DNA of 20,000 nt from an uncultured virus (IMG/VR IMGVR_UViG_3300045836_000189) (IMGVR_UViG_3300045836_000189:116296-136295), one strand, 5' to 3'; positions 8,043 to 16,363 are shown, numbered from the stretch's first letter. Numbers and translations: made by a program. The notes: generated by a model not told the origin, from the letters alone.

Positions 8043-8351
8043 TTAACTCAGTTTATCTTCTAGCCGCTCCAGATGAAGTAGTATATCATCCATCAGCGGT
8101 GAGAGTGCTTTATCAATATGTTTTAACTCATAGATCATCTCCTGACCTTCCAGTACCTGGAATAATTTTCTACCGGAGTTATTGGCACATGACCAGTAAC
8201 GGCCTCCTATTTCCTTGATACCCAGGTTCTTTGACCGGTATCCGGAAACAGTATAGATCTGTCCATTCTTCAGGCGTTCAAACCCATTGTTGTTCAGGAT
8301 CAGGATCTGTTTGCCTATTAACTCCCTGCAGGCATCCGGGAAATAGCTCAT
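8043..8351 (-). CDS. Hypothetical beta-rich protein (paralog of 7708..8040)
   Basis: LIGKQILILN...GQIYTV...EI...WSCANN...LFQV; tail MDDILLHLERLEDKLS. Start likely ATG 8351. Confidence 0.7.
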   Translation of the reverse strand: MSYFPDACRELIGKQILILNNNGFERLKNGQIYTVSGYRSKNLGIKEIGGRYWSCANNSGRKLFQVLEGQEMIYELKHIDKALSPLMDDILLHLERLEDKLS

Positions 8352-8461
8352 GATGATTGAAATTGAATACAGTACTAAATGGTAAAGCATGACAGACCAA
8401 ACCTGGAGAGGAGTGGATATTACTACCCCTGTGTCCCCATTAAGCCTGCCATGCTTATGTC

Positions 8462-8821
8462 CTACTTCTTTGCTTTCAAAGCTTCCAGTTTCCGGTTCAG
8501 CAGATACTTGGCCACTGGTTCATAAGCACGTAAAAGCACATAGTGAACCATCCCCTGGATAGCACACATTATAAAGGCCGTAAACAAGAAGTTGTACAGC
8601 CAGTAGTGTGATACTACCACCACAGGGAGATCGCTCGTCAGAAGCAGGATAAACACGCACCAGTGGCCAAAGCACCAGGGACAGTGAATCAGGTCTTCTA
8701 TCTTTTGATTGAGAGGGCTGATCCACTCCCGGAATGGTTTGAAGATACCGGTGGATGTGACGGTGAAGGAGATGGAAGCACAGCATAGTGCTCCCATGAC
8801 CAGGAATAGGAACTCTTTCAT
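8462..8821 (-). CDS. DUF1360-like membrane protein
   Basis: IFKPFREW...LIHCPWCFGHW motif with flanking transmembrane segments. Confidence 0.65.
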   Translation of the reverse strand: MKEFLFLVMGALCCASISFTVTSTGIFKPFREWISPLNQKIEDLIHCPWCFGHWCVFILLLTSDLPVVVVSHYWLYNFLFTAFIMCAIQGMVHYVLLRAYEPVAKYLLNRKLEALKAKK

Positions 8822-8822
8822 G

Positions 8823-9125
8823 TTATATTACCTCATCAGCTTCTTCAAGGCCATCTTCCGAAATCCGGTCCCCATCCTGCAGATCTGAGTCTTCAGGGAC
8901 TTCCCTTAAGATCTCAAAGTCTGATCCTCCACATCCACAACCTGAGTACACCACCAGCCTTACTTTGCGGGTCTTTGGCATATAAGCTCCCAGAATGTCC
9001 TCTATACTCATCTCTTCTGCCTTTTTGATCACAGGAGCTTTTTCCTGTTCCTTGTGGAACTCTTCTCTCAGTTGGGCCAGGTTGTCCTTCTCCTGACCGG
9101 CTTTACGGTTTTTAAGCTTTTGCAT
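8823..9125 (-). CDS. Hypothetical protein with GCGCG motif
   Basis: Overlaps the ATPase stop; YSGCGCGGS and an acidic C-terminus. Confidence 0.7.
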   Translation of the reverse strand: MQKLKNRKAGQEKDNLAQLREEFHKEQEKAPVIKKAEEMSIEDILGAYMPKTRKVRLVVYSGCGCGGSDFEILREVPEDSDLQDGDRISEDGLEEADEVI

Positions 9126-10281
9126 AACTTGAGTTTATTAATTTGATTGATTCTTCCAGGTCTGCTGCAGTAACCCCCTTAGGAGTTTTCTTGGTAGTAG
9201 TCATCCTGGTCAGGGCTTTGCGTACAGCACCTTTGGCAATGGCTTCCACCATAGCTCCCGATACTTTACTCTTACAGGGAAGACTAAATAACATATCAGC
9301 TCCTTTGATGGCCAGGTCTTCTACCTTGTCATGGCATTTTACCTTCTTAAGGTGGATCTCAAAGATCTCCTTGGTATCCGGGTGATCCGGACGGTTGATG
9401 CCAATCTTCAAGTCTATCCTTCCTTCCCGGACAATAGCCTCATCCAGTGCATTAGGGAGATTAGTGGCCAGGATGAAGATGGGATTGTGCTCTTTTTCCA
9501 GTCCGTCCATTTCTGAAAGGAACGTAGGCACAATGGTCATCTCCACGTCTGATGATTTACCGCTGCCTCTCTGACGGAGCAGGGCTTCTGCTTCATCCAT
9601 GAATACAACTGCACGCTGGCCGGTCTTTTTACAGTACTGGCGGGTAGCATGGAACATGTGGGCTACTTTCTGCTCTGCCTCACCTACGAACTTACTCAGC
9701 ATCTCAGCTCCTTTTATGTAAACAAAGGCTGCGGGATCCACTTTTGTGGAACCAAGGATCGTAGAGGCAATGGCTTTACCGATCAGGGTCTTGCCACATC
9801 CCGGAGGACCGTAGAGTACCAGGCCGGGAAAATCTCCCAGACCCATCTCTTTTGCCAGCTCCTGGTGTTTCAGGGGCAGCTCAATGGCTTCACGGATGTT
9901 GCTTAACTGTGATTTAAGTCCACCGATCTCATTCCAGTCAATCAGGTTGAAATGAGGAATGTCAGTTACTTTCTCCAGCTCTTTGGGAACCACGGCAATG
10001 ATGGCGGATCCAATACAGATCACCTCTGTTCCCGGCTCAAGAATTTGGGTAATAGGGTCTCCGAAGATAGGCTCTTCATTCAGGAACATAACCGTTCCGT
10101 TTACCCGGTAATACTGGGCATTGTTATGAACAAAAGGGCCAGCTACAATGGTGTGTACTTCTTTTTTCTCACCAAGGAACTGCTCCAGCATCTGCTCATA
10201 TTTATCAACCTGCTCTCTGAGGGCTGATAATTCGTCTGTTGGGGCTACGGGAGCCTCAAATGTTGCTTCTTCCTGAAACAT
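9112..10281 (-). CDS. ARC/Mpa-like proteasome-type AAA+ ATPase
   Basis: WNEIGGL; Walker A GPPGCGKT; pore loop KGAEMLSKFVGE; Walker B VVFMDE; RGSGKSSDVEMTIVPTFLSEMDG; SRH ATN...LDEAIVREGRID; SGAMV; N-terminal coiled coil LSALREQVDK. Start placed at ATG 10281. Confidence 0.85.
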   Translation of the reverse strand: MFQEEATFEAPVAPTDELSALREQVDKYEQMLEQFLGEKKEVHTIVAGPFVHNNAQYYRVNGTVMFLNEEPIFGDPITQILEPGTEVICIGSAIIAVVPKELEKVTDIPHFNLIDWNEIGGLKSQLSNIREAIELPLKHQELAKEMGLGDFPGLVLYGPPGCGKTLIGKAIASTILGSTKVDPAAFVYIKGAEMLSKFVGEAEQKVAHMFHATRQYCKKTGQRAVVFMDEAEALLRQRGSGKSSDVEMTIVPTFLSEMDGLEKEHNPIFILATNLPNALDEAIVREGRIDLKIGINRPDHPDTKEIFEIHLKKVKCHDKVEDLAIKGADMLFSLPCKSKVSGAMVEAIAKGAVRKALTRMTTTKKTPKGVTAADLEESIKLINSSYAKA

Positions 10282-10389
10282 GTTAAAGTAGGATTTATGA
10301 GTAAATAATTGTTGATGGATTAAAAAGGCCAGGACAGGAATATCCCAGGCCGTCTTACTAACCACATAATGTTTTTGTTACGTTACTAC

Positions 10390-10432
10390 AAAAAAAGCCG
10401 AACTTGTAGAGGTTTATTCTACAAATCCGGCT
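10390..10432 (-). terminator. Intrinsic terminator
   Basis: AGCCGGATTTGTAGA-ATAAACC-TCTACAAGTTCGGCT followed by a T-run on the minus strand. Confidence 0.8.
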
Positions 10433-10509
10433 CTAACTTAGAGATATATGAGGAGTGTGGACAACCTGAGTTCTCCACAACGTTAAGTGGTGGTGTGGGT
10501 CAACTCAGG

Positions 10510-10890
10510 CTAAATCTGCTCTGCAGACCCCTCTTTCTGTGAACAAAGATTGTCTATAACTTTTTGAGTTTGCTTGTGCTTATAATACACAATGGCCCTT
10601 CTAAGGGTCAGGTCCAGCATGTGGTAGAAGTCAAACTCCCCATACTGGATCTCAGCATCTGTGATCGTAAGCCGTACTGCAGGATAACTGAGCAGCACAT
10701 GGATATGGCCCACATGTCCCAGTATTTCATTTACCGTGCATTCAGTGGTGACATACGTATCCAGGAAGCATTCCCTTCTCAGGAAATCCTGTGCATGTGT
10801 ATACGGGATCCTTTCACGGGGATGTCCGGGATAACCCATGGCTATCAGGTCTTCAGCAACGTCAAGTGGTACGAATAGAGGCTTGTTCAT
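10510..10890 (-). CDS. Hypothetical phage protein
   Basis: 126-aa ORF; VPLDVAEDLIAMGY...AQDFLRR pattern; A-rich start. Confidence 0.7.
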   Translation of the reverse strand: MNKPLFVPLDVAEDLIAMGYPGHPRERIPYTHAQDFLRRECFLDTYVTTECTVNEILGHVGHIHVLLSYPAVRLTITDAEIQYGEFDFYHMLDLTLRRAIVYYKHKQTQKVIDNLCSQKEGSAEQI

Positions 10891-10907
10891 TTTATAGTGT
10901 TTAATTG

Positions 10908-11228
10908 TTAATCTTCCATGGAGTCCAGGAGCTTCTTGGATGGATCATAGGCTTCCTGTTTGTAAACCTGAAGCATACTGTTTATGAACTCCTCATCCTC
11001 AAAATGCTCATCACGCAGATACTCTGAGGTAGTCCGGTGGTATAGACATGGGTTAATCTCCACATTATCATTTTCCAGGGTGGTAGAGATCTTGATGCCA
11101 TATGGCTTCTCTTCTTCTGAGTTATACTCTTTTTCAAGGGTCACCTGGATGTCAGTCCCAGGGATGGCAACTAATTTTTTCATTTCAGACGGTATTAAAA
11201 GGGGCTTTGATGTGATCTCAGCCCCCAA
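10908..11228 (-). CDS. Hypothetical protein
   Basis: Acidic ORF filling the gap between neighbours; start uncertain (TTG 11228 or ATG 11183). Confidence 0.65.
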   Translation of the reverse strand: MGAEITSKPLLIPSEMKKLVAIPGTDIQVTLEKEYNSEEEKPYGIKISTTLENDNVEINPCLYHRTTSEYLRDEHFEDEEFINSMLQVYKQEAYDPSKKLLDSMED

Positions 11229-11247
11229 CAGTTAAACAAGTGGTTGA

Positions 11248-12195
11248 TTATTTTTTGTTGTCCTGGTTTACAGTAACCTCAGACTTGGCAGCTTCAACAG
11301 CTTTAGCCAATTGGCCAGGGAAAGCTTTGATCTGCTCTTTTAGTTCAGCAATCAGTGCTTCCTGGGTAGAGATGGTACCTTTCAGGTAATCCACGTCTTT
11401 TTCCAACAGGGCTATCTTAGCATCTTTCTCTGCTTTCAGAGAAGAGATCTTAGAGCCTTCTGAAGCAAACACTTCAGATTTGGCGGCTTTCACAGCAGCT
11501 TCGATCTGAGCCTGTACGTCTTTAGCCTCAGTAGCTTTGAAGTCTTTAAGCGTAGTGTACTCTTTAGCGTCCACCAGCACTTTTTCATAAATGGAGGCAA
11601 TCTTTTCAGCGGCCTTCAGGTTCTCATCCCTTAAAGCAATACTGTTGTCATAACGGGTCTGCTCCATTTTACGGCTGTGCTCCAAAGCAAGTTTGGCAAT
11701 TTCCTCACCAGACTTCACACGGGTTTCTTCTACACGGGCATTAGAGGCCGCAATCTTCTCTTCATTTTCAGCAATGATCTGATCCAGGCGGGCATTGAGG
11801 GCATCAATTTTCTCCTGGTTCTCAATCTCTGCTTTCTTCAGACCAAAGCTCAGGTCATCAGCAGCTACCTGGGCACGTTTTTCCAGGTCAGCAAATAATT
11901 TTTCCAGGTTAAGGGCTTCAGTACCTTCTTCAGATACAAAATCCAGCTCCATTTTACGCTTAGCCAGGTCAAACTGGTTTTGTAACTCCTGGAGAGCTTT
12001 GGTATGTTCCTGTTCACGTTTAACAGCATTGTCTTTTACGGTCTGGGCCTGACGAGCAAGGTCCAATAAGGCACGCTCAATCTGAGAAGAGCTTAGTGGG
12101 CCGTTCTGATACGCAGCCAGACGTAATTGTAGTTCTGCAGCTAATTCTACTAATTGTGATTTGTTTTTGCTGTTTAATTGTGCTTCTGTAAACAT
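11248..12195 (-). CDS. Long coiled-coil protein, possible Rho-N/HeH-like N-terminus
   Basis: Heptad-rich A/E/K/L composition throughout; N-terminus QLNSKNKSQLVELAAEL. Confidence 0.8.
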   Translation of the reverse strand: MFTEAQLNSKNKSQLVELAAELQLRLAAYQNGPLSSSQIERALLDLARQAQTVKDNAVKREQEHTKALQELQNQFDLAKRKMELDFVSEEGTEALNLEKLFADLEKRAQVAADDLSFGLKKAEIENQEKIDALNARLDQIIAENEEKIAASNARVEETRVKSGEEIAKLALEHSRKMEQTRYDNSIALRDENLKAAEKIASIYEKVLVDAKEYTTLKDFKATEAKDVQAQIEAAVKAAKSEVFASEGSKISSLKAEKDAKIALLEKDVDYLKGTISTQEALIAELKEQIKAFPGQLAKAVEAAKSEVTVNQDNKK

Positions 12196-12233
12196 GATAG
12201 TTTTTAATAAATGGATAAATGGATTTGGGTGAA

Positions 12234-12599
12234 TTAACTCTTTTGAGCTCTAAGCTCTTTTAGTGTGACCTGCTGCACTCCGCATTGGAATGCTTCCTGG
12301 GACGTAGGTGGCCCGAGCTGTGATATTTTACCAAAAATGGGATGCTCACAATCAAACACCTGCTCGATCTGGGTACGGATTTCATTGCTATAGTAGCCTG
12401 CCCAATAAGCCAGGTTAGATTTGGCTGTCTTCATGCCTTCCTGGTAGTCTTGAATGGTTCCTTTCAAACGGGAAGCTTTGATGATGACTGTAGCATAGTC
12501 AATCAGGAATCGTTCTGCTTCTTCTGGGTCTGTAATCATACAGGCAGCTCCCATGATCTGATCCGTGGTGGAATTGCTGTCAAAATCAAATGTTCTCAT
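12234..12599 (-). CDS. Hypothetical phage protein
   Basis: 121-aa ORF; AKSNLAYWAGYY...HPIFG. Confidence 0.75.
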   Translation of the reverse strand: MRTFDFDSNSTTDQIMGAACMITDPEEAERFLIDYATVIIKASRLKGTIQDYQEGMKTAKSNLAYWAGYYSNEIRTQIEQVFDCEHPIFGKISQLGPPTSQEAFQCGVQQVTLKELRAQKS

Positions 12600-12694
12600 A
12601 GTCCGGATAGTAAGGTAATAAGTGCGTCCAGTCCTACTATGGCTGCTAAAGCCAGGAAGTAGAACAGGTAATGGTGTTTTCTAACGGTTTTCAT
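12596..12694 (-). CDS. 32-aa single-pass membrane peptide
   Basis: Not in ORF track. MKTVRKHHYLFYFLALAAIVGLDALITLLSGL; ATGA-coupled to both neighbours. Confidence 0.7.
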   Translation of the reverse strand: MKTVRKHHYLFYFLALAAIVGLDALITLLSGL

Positions 12695-12975
12695 AACCAT
12701 TTGGGTGGTTTGGGCTGTCTATACTCTATCCACTCTTTAATGAACATAAAGGGCATCATGATGATTACGCCTGCAATCAATACCCAGGAAAAAGCGGATA
12801 TGACTAAGTTTTCCTTAACATCCTCCCAGGAGTAGAAAGAACCTCTCTCATCTCTGCTTTTTGCACGTACAAAAAAGTACACAATAGCAACTCCCAACAG
12901 GTAGATAAGGACATAGAACCACCAGTGGTGATGTGTCACTGGTGGTGTCTGGCTAATTACTTTCACAAGCTTCAT
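12691..12975 (-). CDS. Two-TM membrane protein
   Basis: Two hydrophobic stretches. Confidence 0.75.
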   Translation of the reverse strand: MKLVKVISQTPPVTHHHWWFYVLIYLLGVAIVYFFVRAKSRDERGSFYSWEDVKENLVISAFSWVLIAGVIIMMPFMFIKEWIEYRQPKPPKWL

Positions 12976-12977
12976 GA

Positions 12978-13283
12978 TTATTTTCCAGCGTAATATTGTT
13001 CACGGGTAATAGTAGTAGTGGTATATCCTTCCAGGTGTTTTTGCACCATGTCTTCAGGACCCCACCAGCATTCACAGCCCCATACATCCTCACCACTGTC
13101 CAGGGTGATTTTAGGGTTCTTGATCCCGTTCTCATGAAGCATTCCCATCATGGGATTACGCTCATCTGCAGGAGGAACCTCTTCTCCCTGGTAGATGCCA
13201 TAGCCAAACAAAGTGGCTGTTTTGTCTTTCTGGTTCGTGCTAACTATTGCACCAGCACGGTCACCAACATTTAATCTTGCCAT
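12978..13283 (-). CDS. Hypothetical protein
   Basis: VGDRAGAI...NPKITLDSGEDVWGCECWWGP; ATG 13283 sits just after the upstream stop. Confidence 0.7.
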   Translation of the reverse strand: MARLNVGDRAGAIVSTNQKDKTATLFGYGIYQGEEVPPADERNPMMGMLHENGIKNPKITLDSGEDVWGCECWWGPEDMVQKHLEGYTTTTITREQYYAGK

Positions 13284-13287
13284 TTCT

Positions 13288-13596
13288 TTAATCAGTTGTT
13301 TCTGTGACTTTTCCCAATAGAGCATCTATGGGATTTCTATAGTACCTGTGGTACCTGATTACGTTAAACTCCGGGTTATGCTCCGGATCTTCCTTATAGG
13401 CAGGGTTATCTATCCATCTCCATCCGCTGTCCAGTGGAAATCCAAAGATTCCCTCCTCGTCCCATATACACTGCACATCAGAGATCCTGAATCTCCATAG
13501 GAAGACCAGCAGGGAAACAATCAGAATCATTGCTCCGAAAAGGAGCTGGGCAATGACCACTATGACCATTACCACCAGTCTCCAGATCCATTTCAT
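13288..13596 (-). CDS. Membrane-anchored hypothetical protein
   Basis: Long hydrophobic N-terminus; TAATG coupling. Confidence 0.7.
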   Translation of the reverse strand: MKWIWRLVVMVIVVIAQLLFGAMILIVSLLVFLWRFRISDVQCIWDEEGIFGFPLDSGWRWIDNPAYKEDPEHNPEFNVIRYHRYYRNPIDALLGKVTETTD

Positions 13597-13925
13597 TAGT
13601 ACCCCCGCATCTGTACAAGGAACTGCCTCAGTTCAGGGACGTTATCCATGGTAGTGGCATCAAAGTTTGTATACCGGTCCCGGACCACATTCTGAATGAT
13701 TTGTTTGTCCTGAGGATCCTTTGCTTTTTCGTATTGCTCTTTATAAGAGGCCAGGTCCTGGATCTTTCCATCCACGTAACTCTGGGTGTGTTCAAACACG
13801 TTACGTTTAACGTTCTCCTGCCTGGGGGCCCAGAAAGCAAATGATCCGAGTTCAATGGCTGAAACAATCCATGTAAATGCTATCAGGGTCACTATGACTC
13901 CAATAGCTTTAAAAGCGGTCTTCAT
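13596..13925 (-). CDS. Membrane-anchored helical protein (partner of adjacent lipoprotein)
   Basis: N-terminal TM segment; ENVKRNVFEHTQSYVDGK; TAATG coupling. Confidence 0.75.
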   Translation of the reverse strand: MKTAFKAIGVIVTLIAFTWIVSAIELGSFAFWAPRQENVKRNVFEHTQSYVDGKIQDLASYKEQYEKAKDPQDKQIIQNVVRDRYTNFDATTMDNVPELRQFLVQMRGY

Positions 13926-14443
13926 TATATGTTAAGCTTGAATGGTGATACGATAACACGCGGCTCTATATAAACCGGCTTACGCTGGTTAGTTTCAGGG
14001 TCAATCATTATTAACCAGGTTCCTTCTGCATCATTGGGCATAAACAGACCATTGGGCTCCGATTGAGGTAGTGATCCAAAGCTCTCCTGGTATCCTCCTG
14101 GATAAACCTGCTTCTGAGGATTGGAGAACTGTGCAGCGTAAGGAATACCGTATCCAATGCACTTACCAAAGAAGATCAGCTTCCCGGTCATCTCTGAATA
14201 CAGGTAAGCATAGCAAACCAGATTGGGATTATCCCTTAACTCATAGAGATCAGCAATCTGCTTTTTCTCTGTAAAGTTGTGGATGGCAGGCATACCTACC
14301 TGGCGGGTAGCTTCCTGCTGAAGTTGTTCCTGCCGGTTCTGGTCTATACGGTCCGCATTCGGCTGGGCAGGTACATTGGTACAAGAGAATAGCCCTGTGA
14401 TAGCTACACAGGTTAACAGGCTGAGAATAGCTCTTTTTTTCAT
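13925..14443 (-). CDS. Phage lipoprotein
   Basis: Signal peptide MKKRAILSLLTCVAITGLFS-C lipobox; IGYGIPYAAQFSNP, QSEPNGLF, EGTW, YIEP. Confidence 0.8.
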   Translation of the reverse strand: MKKRAILSLLTCVAITGLFSCTNVPAQPNADRIDQNRQEQLQQEATRQVGMPAIHNFTEKKQIADLYELRDNPNLVCYAYLYSEMTGKLIFFGKCIGYGIPYAAQFSNPQKQVYPGGYQESFGSLPQSEPNGLFMPNDAEGTWLIMIDPETNQRKPVYIEPRVIVSPFKLNI

Positions 14444-14520
14444 GTTTTGAATTGATGTATAAAAGTGTGAATAATAGGTTACAGTAGTTGATTATCAGGG
14501 GTAGAGTTACAGACATGTTT

Positions 14521-14551
14521 AAAAAAACCGGGAAGGATTGCTCCCGCCCGG
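14521..14551 (-). terminator. Intrinsic terminator
   Basis: CCGGGCGGGA-GCAA-TCCTTCCCGG followed by T7 on the minus strand. Confidence 0.8.
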
Positions 14552-14735
14552 CCCATCAACATAAACACATAAAACAACTCTTTATATCTTCCTAATGGTA
14601 TAGCCAAACTTGCTGAGCAAGCTATTGACATTTTCCAATGTAGGCAGGGACATGCTCTGTAGAGCAGAACAGATCCCACGGATAAGTACGGATTCTTTCA
14701 CCTTCTGATCCTTGTCAGAATGGGTGATAGTGTGA

Positions 14736-15032
14736 TTATTTACGGGCATAGGTTTCTTTAAGATGACTCATACCTTTTTTAATCAACTCATCCAATGGAC
14801 TCAGACCAATGGTATGGATCATCAGCCCCAGGGATTCTGTTATAAATCCAAAGGCTCCTGCTTCCACTTTCATGATCTTATATCCTACTACAGCTATAAG
14901 TGCTCCCACACTCATACGATGGTAAAATGTGTGATCTTCTCCCAGGAGATGATTACAGATTCTACGGGTAGGACTGAAGTCCTGGACCCTGTTATTAAGG
15001 TAAAGCACGTTCCGTAAGATGTATTTGTGCAT
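14736..15032 (-). CDS. Hypothetical membrane protein
   Basis: 98-aa ORF with moderately hydrophobic segments. Confidence 0.65.
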   Translation of the reverse strand: MHKYILRNVLYLNNRVQDFSPTRRICNHLLGEDHTFYHRMSVGALIAVVGYKIMKVEAGAFGFITESLGLMIHTIGLSPLDELIKKGMSHLKETYARK

Positions 15033-15067
15033 AACTTGTTGGTTGGTTGGTTGTCACAATGGATTAA

Positions 15068-15679
15068 TTATAATTTGCCAAAAAGCTCCTTGAGGTTATT
15101 GAAGCAAATACCTTGATTTTCTTTCTGTTTCATGGTATGGCTGGTATAGGTCACCTCATCTTCTTTGGGTAGCCTGAAGGTCTTTCCAGGCTGATATACT
15201 TCCAGGAGACCAAATACATAGTCCAGCCGCTCCCGGATAAAACCGGTGCAACCTCTGTCAAAGACTGGATTCCATTCACCCTTTTCAACAAGAAGGTTTA
15301 GCTGCTCAGGGTTCATGGGAAAGAAATTATCACAGTGCTCAATGACCGTATTGATAATACCACGGGAATCTATGTACAGGTCCTGCAGCTTGATCACAAT
15401 ATGATCATCACCTGCTTTTTCCACGTCTGATCCGTCTTTCAGGAAATTCTTCATGGCTTTCCTGGCACCCTCAGTGAATTTGTGGGTATCATCATAGAAC
15501 AGTCCTATGATCTCAGGCTCCTGGCCCATCTCTTTTAGCTTGTTATAAAGCAGTCCTGCAAACACACCACAGCCCCCGGAATTGATGTCCGTAGGTGTCC
15601 ATGCGTCTACAAAGGGTAAGGCTTCCTGTAAAAATGCTACAAAATGCAATGTTTCTTGTGGGTTAGTTAGTTGATACAT
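15068..15679 (-). CDS. Putative Cys-His-Asp (papain/transglutaminase-like) protein
   Basis: INSGGCGVFA...DHIVIK...YIDSRG order and spacing. Confidence 0.55.
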   Translation of the reverse strand: MYQLTNPQETLHFVAFLQEALPFVDAWTPTDINSGGCGVFAGLLYNKLKEMGQEPEIIGLFYDDTHKFTEGARKAMKNFLKDGSDVEKAGDDHIVIKLQDLYIDSRGIINTVIEHCDNFFPMNPEQLNLLVEKGEWNPVFDRGCTGFIRERLDYVFGLLEVYQPGKTFRLPKEDEVTYTSHTMKQKENQGICFNNLKELFGKL

Positions 15680-15725
15680 TGTCTTAAATGGTTTTTATGG
15701 ATGAATGGATGAATTAGTTCAAATG

Positions 15726-15757
15726 AAAAACCCTGGCAGCCGTTACACATGCCAGGG
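15726..15757 (-). terminator. Intrinsic terminator
   Basis: CCCTGGCA-loop-TGCCAGGG followed by T5 on the minus strand. Confidence 0.75.
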
Positions 15758-15788
15758 AATAAACAGAAATTATGGTCAGTTAAAGCGT

Positions 15789-16070
15789 TTACTGTTTGTA
15801 CTTGCGAAACCGCTCGTTCACTTCCTTGTAGGCATCTTCAGCACGCTGGATGTTCTCCTCAATCCTCTTTATACGGGCACGGTGTTTATCCTCTTCCCGG
15901 ATAAACTGATTGGTTTTGTGAATAATGTAGATAATGGTAAGCAGGTAAGCTATGGCCATCATATCCCAGGGAACCTGGCTGCCTGAATACAGGATCAGTC
16001 CTGCATATACTCCCCAGATGATATGGGCTAATAACAGGGATCCCCAGGCTTCTTTAAAGAATCTTTTCAT
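15789..16070 (-). CDS. Two-TM protein with coiled-coil tail
   Basis: Two hydrophobic segments, then a charged helix. Confidence 0.75.
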   Translation of the reverse strand: MKRFFKEAWGSLLLAHIIWGVYAGLILYSGSQVPWDMMAIAYLLTIIYIIHKTNQFIREEDKHRARIKRIEENIQRAEDAYKEVNERFRKYKQ

Positions 16071-16072
16071 GG

Positions 16073-16363
16073 TTATACCAGCTCTAAATCATCAGTAAGT
16101 TTTTCATTCAGGCCAGTAGCCTCACGAACTGTCTGTCCAAGGTCTGATTGTTCTAAATCAATACACTTCAGGAATACTTTATCCTGAGCTTCCCTGAATT
16201 CCTCAAAGGATTTGTTACCGTCCCAATGGTTCTGGAACTCCAGTAACTCGACACGGGACAGGTCCGTGAACTTTTTGATCAGGGACTGGAGGTTTTGTGC
16301 TCTTTCTTCTTCTGAAGAGAAAGAATTGGTAGCAAGGGCTTGTTTTAAAGCTGCTAAGTTCAT
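16073..16363 (-). CDS. Hypothetical protein
   Basis: 96-aa ORF with A-rich start. Confidence 0.7.
   Translation of the reverse strand: MNLAALKQALATNSFSSEEERAQNLQSLIKKFTDLSRVELLEFQNHWDGNKSFEEFREAQDKVFLKCIDLEQSDLGQTVREATGLNEKLTDDLELV

Noticed and set aside
13596..14443. Lipoprotein plus membrane-anchored protein as an Rz/Rz1 spanin pair
   Set aside because: The gene order is reversed, the lipoprotein is large and globular rather than short and Pro-rich, and there is no adjacent holin or endolysin.
15036..15053. Short (GGTT)n tandem run; also the C-run near 19873-19882
   Set aside because: Too short to call as functional repeats, intergenic, and no evidence of phase variation.
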